Of a stretch of 64,000 bases of DNA, positions 41,919 through 53,729 are shown in pieces. The position numbers and the translations under genes were made by a program. The notes beneath the pieces were generated by a model. It ran no database searches. It was not told where the DNA came from and saw nothing but the letters and a program-made list of their open reading frames with translations. Location of the stretch: positions 91,698,001 to 91,762,000 of the forward strand of contig OZ024743.1 of NCBI GenBank assembly GCA_964016885.1, written 5' to 3'. The number at the start of each line of letters is the position of its first letter. The stretch's first letter is position 1. The stretch is from Eledone cirrhosa (lineage: Eukaryota).

Positions 41919-43500
41919 TTACCTCTCTGCGTCCCGCGGTTCGGGCCGCTCAGTTTCCATGGGGCTGGTGGAGGGGTTGATGGGTGGGGTGGTGGTTTGT
42001 GGTGGTGTGGGGGTATTAGTGTGTGGAGGGGTTGGGGTGTTTGGAGTTGTGTGGGTGTTTGAGGAGGGGAGGGGAAAACCTTTCAGGAGGACGCGGTTGA
42101 GTGGCCTGGTGCAGGGTGGTCCCACGTCCTCAGGGTAAATGTTTTTCAAAGTTTTGAAAATGTCAAGTGGGACTTTCACCATTTTCAGGTTAGGGAGTCC
42201 CATTGCCGTTACAAAATTCGGCGCTTCGGTTTGTACCGAAGGGTTGTTTTTTATTGTTTTTGTTTATGTATGTGTAGAGTTTTTGTGTTGTGTTTGTTTT
42301 TGCTTGTTGTTCTTGAGTGAGTTTGCGTTTTGTTGTCTGTGTTGTGTTGTCAGGTGGGGTTATTTTTGTTTGTGTGGTGTGTGTACGTTTTTTTCTTTTC
42401 ACTTTTTGGAAGGGAGCCCCCTCGTCTTCTGACGATATGAGCTCCTCTTCCGTATTGGAGGGGAGGGGTATATCTCCGGGTTGTGTATGAACTGCGTGTG
42501 TTTTTGTATTTGTATTCTGTGGGGAGGGGCTGGGTGGGACCGTGTTTTGGGTTGTTTTCTTGAGCTGTTGTTGATGTTGTTGTTGTGGTGGTGGTGGTGT
42601 TGTTGGCTTTTGTTGTCGCTGTGGTGGTGATGGTAGTGTATTTTGTTGTTTTTGTGGTGGTGGTGCTGGTTGTTTTTGTTGTTGTTGTGGTGTTTGTAGC
42701 AGTGGTTTTTTTGTTGTTAGTAGAGGGCAGGCCGTCCTCAGGTGACCTCTGCCAGCGCAGTGGTAACATGAGGGTCTCCTGCCTTCCACCGTAATATTTA
42801 TGAAGGTTCGCCCATCCAGTAGGACTCGGTCGGGTATTCCGGAGATTCTCGCAGGTGTCATCTGTAAGAGAACCTCCAGACTTTTCCCCCCGAACATTCC
42901 ACTGGTGGACTCCCCTGCTGAAATAAGGATGTCCTTTTCTAGGTCCGTAAATCCTGTTAGGACGGACCAGATGTTAACTTCTGGCGTTGGGCTCCACATT
43001 CTTATTCTTTGTGTTCTTCTTCCTTTATATGTGGGGAAGAAGGTGTATTGTGGTGACACTATAGGTGCCACCGAATATTTTTGAGCCAGCATTTCGTCCT
43101 TCATTCGGACCATAATGCTGGCATATAGCTTTCCTCTTTCAATAAAGAGTATGTCCTTTTTAATGTCTTTCAGAACCAGCTCAATTTGACTTTCTGTCAA
43201 TTGAGCTGGCTTTCTTGTTGCGTTGGTTATAGTCCTGTAGATTATGGTATTCCTATATACCTGTTGACGAACTTCTTCTGGGGAGTTGATCGTAAAAGAA
43301 CCATCCTCCCCAAAAGATACGTATTTTCTGGCATCTAGCAAGTTTTGCTTAGCGTTAGTAATATCTATGGGCTTGTATTCGATAGCTTTCCTGACCGTTT
43401 GGGCAAAAGAAATTTTGTTGTCTTTGTTGCTTGTTGTTGTAATGTTGTTGGTTTCATTATTTGTGGTGTTATTTTTTTCTTCAAAATTTAGGTTTTCATT
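41919..43500 (-). pseudogene. LINE ORF1 (gag-like, CCHC zinc knuckle, Pro/Gln/Thr-rich tail)
   Basis: CYHCAGRGHLRTAC in ORF 42190-43341; apparent frameshifted continuation at 41919-42203. Confidence 0.85.
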
Positions 43501-44099
43501 TAAATTAATATTCTTTTTTTTTTCATTGGAGAGGAGGGCTGTTCAACAGTTTGAACTGTTGTTCCCTCTTTCTCGCTTATTTTTTTGGTAGGCGTGGCGT
43601 TAGCTTCCAATATGGCGATATCGTTTTCAACGATATCGATAAACATTTTTGAATTAAATATTTTTCACCCCAAAAGGGGTGAAAATATATTTACCCTACG
43701 TCTACAGTCCCAGACTAGGGGTTAGAGTCAATAATAAAAAACAATTTAAATAATGCACTCACAAATATTCCAGGTAAAAATTCCAAATCAAAGAGCCGAT
43801 ATGAAAGACGTCTACTATCAAAGACAGACTGACTGACTGACTAACAGACTGACTGACAGACTGACAGATAGGCAGACATACAAATAGAGAAAGAAAGAAA
43901 AAAAGGAAGAAGAAAGGAAGAAGGAAAGTTAGAAAGAAAGATCGAAAGAAAGGAAGAAGAACAAAAAAAAAAGAAAGAAAGAATGAAAGATAGAAAGAAA
44001 ATAAAGAAAGAGCGATGCCAGGATGCCAGGTGAGTGAAGGAGAAATATATGAAATAACAATTACAATGTAAATTCCTTCAATTTCTTGTGGCCATGTTT

Positions 44100-44368
44100 T
44101 TTTCTTTCTTTTTTTATTTATAATTTCTTTCCTTCTTTTCTTTATTTTCTCCTGTTTTCTTTTCTTTCCTTTCTTTTTCTTTCTTTCCTCCTTTTTTCTT
44201 TTCTTTCTTTTCTTTTTCTTTCTTTCCTCCTTTTTTCTTTTCTTTCTTTTCTTTTCCTTTCTTTCCTCCTTTTTTTTTCTTTCTTTTATTTTTCTTTCTT
44301 CCTTTTTTTCTTTCTTTTATTTTTCTTTCTTTCCTTCATTTTCTTTGTTACTATCTTCTTCTTCTACA

Positions 44369-44403
<35 letters not shown>

Positions 44404-44440
44404 CCCCACCACCAGCACCTCCATTACCACCACCACCACC

Positions 44441-44511
<71 letters not shown>

Positions 44512-44653
44512 CACCACCTCCACTACCACCACCACCTCCACCACCACCACTACTACTACTAATACTACTACTACTACCACCACCACCACCACCTCCACTA
44601 CCACCACCACCTCCACCACCACCACTACTACTACTAATACTACCACCACCACC

Positions 44654-44720
<67 letters not shown>

Positions 44721-44722
44721 AT
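44100..44722. repeat. CT-rich tract followed by (TAC)n/(CAC)n triplets
   Basis: Read directly. Confidence 0.95.
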
Positions 44723-45413
44723 CATGCAGTATTGTGCAATATTTGAGAGGAAGGATGCTAAAGATCACTTTGAAAAAAAAATCATGTTGAATTTAAATAC
44801 TCTCCTATCTGTAGAGGAGGAAAAGGGCATTGGTGTATTGTATAAATCTGAGGAAGTTTTATGTCTCAGTGCATTAGAGAGTTCTCTAGATTTCCTCTCA
44901 TTCTTCCCGCCTGCATGATTGATGGATTTTAACTGCAGGAAGCAAAGTTTTAGTAATGCAACATATTTGAATGTTTCTTGGTTTTTTTTGTTCGTTATTT
45001 CTTGTTTCTTATTTTTCTATTTTATTTTATTTGTTGTTGCTGCTGCTGTTGATGTTTGTTGTCTTTTTGTTGTTGGTTGTGGTGGTGGTGGTTGTGGTTG
45101 TGATATTGTGATTGGTGCTGTTATTAGAGTTGGTAGTTAGTGTTGTTGTCATCAAAGGTTGTGGTTGTTGTTGTTGCTGCTGCACTGCTGCTGCTGTTGT
45201 TGTTGTTGTTGTTGCTGTTGCTGTTGTTGTTGTTGTTGTTGTTGTTGTCAATTTTTTGCTGAAAAAATCCACCAAGATCTGCACACGCATTCGAAACGAG
45301 AAAATAAGAATACAAATTATTTGTCTATTTAAAATGTTTTTTTTATCCTTTTAATTGTATTTATTTGTTTATTATCCTTATTATATTATATTATATTATT
45401 TATTATTATTGCG

Positions 45414-45600
45414 GTGGATTGGCAGTATCGGTAGAGGGTCGGATGCCATGATTTGCAGCAAAGAGTTACGTCCCTTTATGATCTGAGTTCAAAACCCGCC
45501 GAGGTTAACTTTGCCTTTCATCCTTATGGGGGCAATAAAATAAAGTACCAGTAATACACTGGGCTAATTTCTGGCCTTGTGCCAAAAGTAGAAACTATTA
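45414..45600 (+). mobile_element. SINE family 1
   Basis: Box A/B, core and tail match the other copies. Confidence 0.9.
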
Positions 45601-45781
45601 TATTATTTATTATTATTTTTCTTTTATATTATTTATTTATTATTGTTTTTATTTATTTATTTATTTATATTTATATTTATTAAATTATTTATTTATTATT
45701 TATTATTATTTTATTTATTTATTTATTATTATTTGTTTATCTATTATTTATTTATTTATTTATTTATTATTTATTTTAATT

Positions 45782-45812
<31 letters not shown>

Positions 45813-46399
45813 TTATTTTGTCATATTTATATTATTTATTATCATTTTTATTTCATTTGTTTGTTTGTGTATTTTTAGTAGTCTCATTCTCGTTGCGTGA
45901 TTTCGCTACACAACAGAACGCAGTTCTGTGTTACTTGGATATGTGCACAGCTTTAATACTTTTTTATGCGTGGGGATGTTTTCTATGGTATTCACATTAC
46001 GCTACGTAATATGCGTGCAGTGCCTAAGAGGGATATTTTCTGTATGTTGTATAATGAGTATTTATATAATAAGGTGGCGAATTGGCAGAGTCAGTTATTA
46101 GAGACATCGGATTTAAAATGTCTCTGTAATTGTTCCAGTTCACTGCGTTCTGTGTTCAAATTTCACTGTGTTCAATTTTGTCTTCCCTTCTTTCGAGATC
46201 GATAAATCAAATATCGGTCTGATCATACCATTGGTTCTCTCTCTCTCTCTCTCTCCCTCCCTCTCTCTCTCTCTCTGGCTCACTATCTTCCTCTTTCGAA
46301 GAAGAAATCGACTGTGTTCCTATCCAGAGAGAAATGGGCTCCGCCAAGTTTAAAATACCCATGACGTGCTGTGTATCGGAACGGTTCCCGTAATGGTTC

Positions 46400-46726
46400 C
46401 ATCAGAAGTTAAAGACCTTTTATTTATTTCCATGTAATGTGTAAATCTTATACCCTGGGACATAATTGATTTCATACTGATTTTTTTTTACGTATAATCA
46501 CAAACGAACAAAATAGATTTTCTGATGAATTAGAAATATAATAGGTTACATTAGTGATTGCTTTCTTAAATTGCTCCTTGATACACAATAATCCCCTACC
46601 ATACCCTAGTCTCGGGATGTACAAATGTTGTATTTCAGACTTATGTTGTATGGTGTGTTCGTTTAATAGATTTCTCCTAATATGGTTTATGAAATTTACT
46701 TCTGTCACAATCCAGTCCAATAGCAC
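46400..46726 (-). mobile_element. Old R4/Dong-like LINE fragment
   Basis: HKSEIQHLYIPRLGYGRGL resembles HINSDIDRLYLKRKKGGRGL in the element at 58772-59356. Confidence 0.6.
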
Positions 46727-46839
46727 AGCCCCGTGTTGTAGCTGGCACTGAAGATGTGTTAGATTCCCAGATTAGATGTCATGTTGTGTTCTGGAGCAAG
46801 ACACTTTATTTCACGTTGCTTGGTAAGACGGAGGAGGGG

Positions 46840-47160
46840 TAGCTATCATTAAAACAACTGAGATACAACCTCGTATGAGGCCAGCTAATATTCTATAGAT
46901 TTGAGCTGTAACAACAACATGACTGGGGCCCTGTCATCAAATCATTCGAGATACAATGAGATACAGCCTCGCATGAGGCTGGCTAAACATGGAGAGGTGT
47001 GAGCTGCAGCAACAATAAAATAATAGGACTGAGGTCCCTCTAATTAAAATACTCTAGAAATCTCCTAAAACTAGGGCTCTTATCATTAAAACAACCATGA
47101 AACCTCCAATGAGATATAGCCTCGTATGAAGACAGAAATACTTACATAGGTGCAACAACT

Positions 47161-47224
<64 letters not shown>

Positions 47225-47545
47225 TATATATTCATGAAGGACTGAGGTTGCTATCATTAAAACATCCGAGTATCTTCCTAAGAGATGCAGCCTCGTAGGA
47301 GGTCATCTAAACATCCATAGGTCTAAGTTATAGCAACAGCAACATATTAGGACTGGGGCCCCTCTTGTTGATATAATTAAAATACCCGAAAAACCTCCTA
47401 TGAGACCTAACCTTTTAGGAGGCCAGTTAATTCTAATTAGTTTAACTGGCCTTCTACGAGGTTATATCTCATAAGAGATTTCCCGAGTAATGTAAAGATA
47501 GAGGCTACAGTTCTCGAAGGAGGCCAGTAAACTTATATGGGAGCT
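46840..47545. repeat. Diverged ~100-120-bp tandem repeat with an inverted unit
   Basis: Recurring gagata(c/t)agcctcgta(t/g)gaggc and ggactg(a/g)gg motifs; 47385-47430 is mirrored at 47442-47490. Confidence 0.7.
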
Positions 47546-48089
47546 GTAAATTCTATTTCATTATTTTCATTACAGCCAGGAATTGAAACTATATCGCAGG
47601 AATTTCTTGAATCCCGTTCCCGCCCCACTTTAACGCTACCCTCGCACATAAAATGCTGTTTCGATACTTCTTGAGGTAATTTGACACCTAATCGACTCGA
47701 TTTAGACGTTGAATCAAATTCACACTACATCGAGAAAAATCGATTGAAACAGGTGAACTACGTCTTCGTACTGCTGTATCGATTAGTTAGAATGAAGAAG
47801 AAAAAATACTGTTCACATCATTCTTCTAATTCTTATCGATCTGTCGATTTTTGTCGTCAATCAGTTGGTATCTATAGTTATGTATAGCCCACCACCACCA
47901 CCACCACCACCACTACCTCTACAGGTAGTCCGTATTTCTCCCATTTTTAGTCATTTCTTCTCATTTGCATTTATGTCCTATCTTTCTTTCTTTCTTTATT
48001 TATTTCTTCTTTCTTTCTTCTTTCTTTCTTTCTTTCTTTCTTTATTTATTTCTTCTTTCTTTCTTCTTTCTTTCTTTCTTTCTTTCTTT

Positions 48090-48985
48090 ATTACCACCAT
48101 CCCCACCACCACCACCAATAACAACACCAGCACTATCACTAACACTAACACCACTACAATCACCACCACCACTATCATCACCACAAACACCACCATCATC
48201 ACAACCACTATCACCGCCATCACCACCACCATCACCACCTCCACTATCACCACCACACCCAACACTATCAATACCACCATCACCAGCACAACAACCATAA
48301 CAACCACCACCATCATCAACACAACCATAACCACCACACCCAACACTATCAACACCACCACGATCACCACCACCATCATCACCACAACCATCACCACCCC
48401 CACTATCACCACCACACCAACACTATCAACACCACCACCATAACCACAACCATCACCGCCACCATCACCACCCCCACCACCACCATCACCATCACCACCA
48501 CCATCACCATCACCACCACCACCACCACCAACACCACCACCACTACCACCACCACCACCACCACCATCACCACCACCACCACCATCACCATCACCACCAC
48601 CACCACCACCACTACCACCGCCACCACCACCACCACCATCACCGCCACCATCACCACCACCATCACAACCACCACCACCACCACCATCACCACCACCACC
48701 GCCACCACCACCGCCACCACCACCACCACCATCACCGCCACCACCACCACCACCACCATCACCACCACCACCACCCCTACCACCACCACCACCACCACCA
48801 CCATCACCGCCACCACCACCACCATCACCACCACCACCACCATCACCACCACCATCACCACCACCACCATCACCACCACCACCACCACTACCACCACCAC
48901 CACCACCATCACCGCCACCATCACCACCACCATCACCATCACCACCACCACCACCGCCACCACCACCACCACCACCGCCACCACC

Positions 48986-49018
<33 letters not shown>

Positions 49019-49122
49019 ACCACCACCACCACCACCACCACCGCCACCACCACCACCACCACCACCACCACCACCACCACCACCACCACCACCACCACCA
49101 CCACCACCACCACCACCACCAT
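48090..49122. repeat. (CAC/CAT/CGC)n triplet tract
   Basis: Read directly. Confidence 0.96.
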
Positions 49123-49327
49123 ATCATCATTACCGACACTTTTTTTATTTTTATATATTAAATTTGCCTTTCTTTCCTTCTGTCATACAGCCATCTATCT
49201 ATCCATCTATTTTTTCATCTTTCTATCGATCTATCTACCAATCAATCTATAGATCTACCTATATATATGTGTGTGTTTGTAGTGTGTGGGTGTGTATGTA
49301 TGTATATATATATATATATGTATGTAT

Positions 49328-49912
49328 GTCAGGTCACCAGTTGGTGCTACTGGTAACATGTATCCCAGTACAACCTATCCCATGGTCGGGTCGTTGGCGA
49401 CTAAACTGGCAACCCCACCAAGGTTTCTTGGTGAGGAGGGTGACTTTGGACATCCTGCAGGATTAAAAACAAAACCTGTCAAAGAGCAAAGGAGCTCTTA
49501 AGAGTCAATGGCCATCCAAAATCACCGGGAGAGATGACCCCTTAGCCTTTGTCAAGGCAGAATTCTAGGAGTAGGAAAACTCTAATACAATCCTGATGGT
49601 ATCCAATGATGTTGACTTGTTCTTCTTTTTGTTTTGGTAAATATCATCTTGGTTAAGAGAGTGGGACTGGCTTTGTGCAGTATAAAGGCTTCACGGCACA
49701 GGCATTGCCTTACATCTGGAGATCTCTCTGCACTTGTCGTCACATGGTACCATGGGCCCAGCACTATGTGTCAATAATTGTCACAAGTGTAATGTTTGTA
49801 CCAGAGTTTTCAAGTCGCTGGCTGGACTAAAAAGTCACACTTGTTCAGCGCATCGGTAAGCGTTCTCCTACATGGATATAAAGTAGTTGCCGTACTCGAA
49901 AACGAGTTGGCA

Positions 49913-49918
<6 letters not shown>
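49328..49918 (+). mobile_element. ~600-bp non-coding retroposon, copy 1
   Basis: Colinear with 61482-62093 with matching ends; microsatellite flanks; no Pol III boxes seen. Confidence 0.8.
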
Positions 49919-49964
<46 letters not shown>

Positions 49965-49967
<3 letters not shown>

Positions 49968-50284
49968 ATCAAAAGATGGTTAAAAGAGTTCCATGTATTT
50001 TATTAGGCGCATTTCAAAAACAAATATCATCATGCAATAACATTTGTGTTTTCATCAGATAAAATAGGAAGACATGATATGAAGGTTAAAAAACACTTGT
50101 GGATAGTGCAGTTTTAAATCAACATATGTTGATTTAAAACTGCACTATCCACAAGTGTTTTTTAACCTTCATATCATGTCTTCCTATTTTATCTGATGAA
50201 AACACAATGTTGATTTAAAACTGCACTATCCACAAGTGTTTTTTAACCTTCATATCATGTCTTCCTATTTTATCTGATGAAAAC
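49965..50284. mobile_element. Family B fold-back element with a tandemly repeated 5' arm
   Basis: Minus arm 49965-50125, centre aacatatgtt, plus arms 50126-50207 and 50208-50284, both stopping just after CTGATGAAAAC. Confidence 0.85.
49996..50066 (-). ncRNA. Type I hammerhead ribozyme (family B variant)
   Basis: Same fold as 16434. Stem I/II substitutions keep pairing; one stem III mismatch (AUGCGCCU). Confidence 0.8.
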
Positions 50285-50456
50285 TACACAAGCTACACAA
50301 TAGTGTAGACCTACACAAAGACCTACACAAAGGTGAAGCTACACAATAGTATCAAAATTAAAATTGAATTTACAAAATTTCCGCAATAAATTTGAACAAA
50401 ACTTCTGCGCGAAGTGAATTACATCTACGCTGTAGAACAGACGACAGCTATATTTT

Positions 50457-50535
<79 letters not shown>

Positions 50536-51014
50536 TGTTTCTTTTATTTGCCACAAGGGCATCAAAAGTGGGACAAGTACAATGGGGGGAGTTTACAAAA
50601 CAAGGCGTCCTCAATAGGGAGGAGGCAATAACAATATATAAAAATAAAATAAAATATAATAAAAAATAGAATTATAACAAAATCCTCAATAGAGGATTTT
50701 GTTATAAAATATAACAAAAAATAAAATTTATAACAAAATCCTCAATAGAGAGGAGGCGCCTTGGGGGGTCGCACACACCCCCGAAAAAAGTGTGCAACCC
50801 TTTTCCTCAGGAGCACAGAGAGGGGGTGCTCCCTCGTTCCTTCCTCTTTTCCACCTACAGGCTTATGTAAAGAGAAGGCCCATTCACACGGGCCATTCTC
50901 GCCACTTTCACCCACCTTTCATAAAAACGACTGGGGTGCAGCACCTCTCTCTCCATCCTGATCCTTCTTCCGGAATGATATCGGAAGAAACGGACCAGTT
51001 GATAGATACGGACC

Positions 51015-51016
<2 letters not shown>
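50536..51016 (-). mobile_element. Tx1/L1 LINE 3' fragment in (GATA)n
   Basis: [33 protein letters not shown] matches the C-terminus of ORF 38463-41243. Confidence 0.92.
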
Positions 51017-51072
<56 letters not shown>

Positions 51073-51084
51073 GGATAGATAGAT

Positions 51085-51127
<43 letters not shown>

Positions 51128-51165
51128 TATTTCTTTATTTACCATAAAGGCATTATAGATAGATA

Positions 51166-51240
<75 letters not shown>

Positions 51241-51922
51241 TAGATGAATAGATAGATAGATAGATAGATATTTTATCATATTTTTATATTTTCCCCCCAT
51301 TTTTTTTCACTTCTAGAATTGATATTTTTTCTTTCTTTCTTTTTCTTCTCATTATTTTCTTCTTTTTCTTGTTACTTTTTTTCTTTTTTCTTTTGTTTGT
51401 GTTATTGTTTCTTAAATTTCATTAGTGTTTTATGCTTCGAACGCAGCTTACTAAACCAGTGACTTCACAATAAGTAACTGTGTCTTTCAAATGTCATACC
51501 ATCAACCATCATTACCACCACCACCACCACTGTCCCCACTCACCACCACCACCACATCTGTCCTCACCACCACCACCACCATTGTCCTCACCACCACCAC
51601 CACAACAACAACAGTTACAACAACAACAACAACCACCACCACCACCACAACAACAACAACAACAGTTACAACAACAACCACCACCACCACCACCACCACA
51701 ACAACAACAACAGTTACAACAGCAACAACAACCACCACCACCACAACAACAACATCAACCATTTAAAAACCTAGAATGTTGGTCTCATTGATTACTGTTC
51801 TTTGTTGTCAATTAGAGATTAAAGAAAACTCGATAAACCATAATTATATACCTTGTCTAGAACTCTGCTTTACTGTATGTATATATATATGTGTGTGTGT
51901 GTGCGTATACACACACACGCGT

Positions 51923-51953
<31 letters not shown>

Positions 51954-51993
51954 ATATATATACATATAAATATATATATATACATATATATAA

Positions 51994-52038
<45 letters not shown>

Positions 52039-52245
52039 TACATATAAATATATATATATATATACATATAAATATATATATATATATTAAAAAAAAGATA
52101 TATATATATATACATATAAATATATATATATATACATATAAATATATATATACATATAAATATATATATACATATAAATATATATATATATACATATAAA
52201 TATATATATATATATATATATAAATATATATATATATACATATAA

Positions 52246-52283
<38 letters not shown>

Positions 52284-52767
52284 GGGGAGAGAGAGAGATG
52301 TAAAGAAAGACTAAAGAGATAACATATCAGGATGAGGTGCAGGGTGGGAATATTAAAGAGGTAGAATTTTGACAGCGAGCCCTGTCGTTTAAACTTCTAT
52401 ACAGTATATACAATATATACAATATATACAATATATACAATATATACAATGCTACTGTATACTAAGTTGAAGTACTATCGATGCCATATTGTTATATGTC
52501 TGCTAGTATATGATAGAAGTGAAGTTGGAGGGAGATACGGCTACTATTTCTAGCAATTCGAATGACTACTTAAATATTCCGAAATACTTTAATTGCGAAA
52601 CAAACTTGTTAACCATTCGCACATACTGCGTTTACTATTCCTTATACAAAGGTCCCCAGCTGCACTAATGACCATGGTTTTTGCATCGAGAAAGTTTCCC
52701 CTCGATGCACAAGGCTGGGTAAGGTTTGTTTGTAGAAGACCAGCAGTCACCCATGCATACCAACCTC

Positions 52768-53380
52768 CCCTCTCCACGTCACCAATGTTGTCTAAGGCAC
52801 CCTCTCCACGTCACCAATGTTGTCTAAGGGACCCTCTCCACGTCACCAATGTTGTCTAAGGCACCCTCTCCACGTCACCAATGTTGTCTAAGGCACCCTC
52901 TCCACGTCACCAATGTTGTCTAAGGGACCCTCTCCACGTCACCAATGTTGTCTAAGGCACCCTCTCCACGTCACCAATGTTGTCTAAGGCACCCTCTCCA
53001 CGTCACCAATGTTGTCTAAGGGACCCTCTCCACGTCACCAATGTTGTCTAAGGCACCCTCTCCACGTCACCAATGTTGTCTAAGGGACCCTCTCCACGTC
53101 ACCAATGTTGTCTAAGGCACCCTCTCCACGTCACCAATGTTGTCTAAGGCACCCTCTCCACGTCACCAATGTTGTCTAAGGCACCCTCTCCACGTCACCA
53201 ATGTTGTCTAAGGGACCCTCTCCACGTCACCAATGTTGTCTAAGGCACCCTCTCCACGTCACCAATGTTGTCTAAGGCACCCTCTCCACGTCACCAATGT
53301 TGTCTAAGGCACCCTCTCCACGTCACCAATGTTGTCTAAGGCACCCTCTCCACGTCACCAATGTTGTCTAAGGGACCCTC
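52768..53380. repeat. 32-bp minisatellite (accctctccacgtcaccaatgttgtctaagg[c/g]), about 19 copies
   Basis: Head-to-tail units with no spacers. Confidence 0.95.
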
Positions 53381-53389
53381 TACCGATAC

Positions 53390-53566
53390 TTGTTTCTACT
53401 TTAGGCACAAGGCCAGCAATTACCCAGTGCATTACTGGTACTTTATTTTATCGACCCCGTAAGGATGAAAGGCAAAGTCAACCTCGGCGGGATTTGAACT
53501 CAGATCGTAAAGGGACGTAACTATGCTTGAAAGCATGGCGTCCGACCCTCTACCGATACTGCCAAT
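53390..53566 (-). mobile_element. SINE family 1
   Basis: Nearly identical to 13043-13221. Confidence 0.92.
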
Positions 53567-53729
53567 ACAAGATGGACAGTGTCTATAATTCTAAGGGCCA
53601 GTCTTGTTACACGTTATTTCATGCTGAATCTTCCTGAGAATTATGTCGAACAACTTAATCATTCATTGTCGAAACCGACGGAGGTCCGTTCCTGTGTACG
53701 GTGGGTGCATATATGTGGTGCTTTTGTGA

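Larger units (their letters stand above)
38241..43820 (-). mobile_element. Near full-length Tx1/L1-clade LINE
   Basis: 5' UTR, ORF1 with a CCHC knuckle, ORF2 APE-RT-Cys, 3' UTR with aataaa; embedded in a GACA/GACT microsatellite. Confidence 0.95.
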
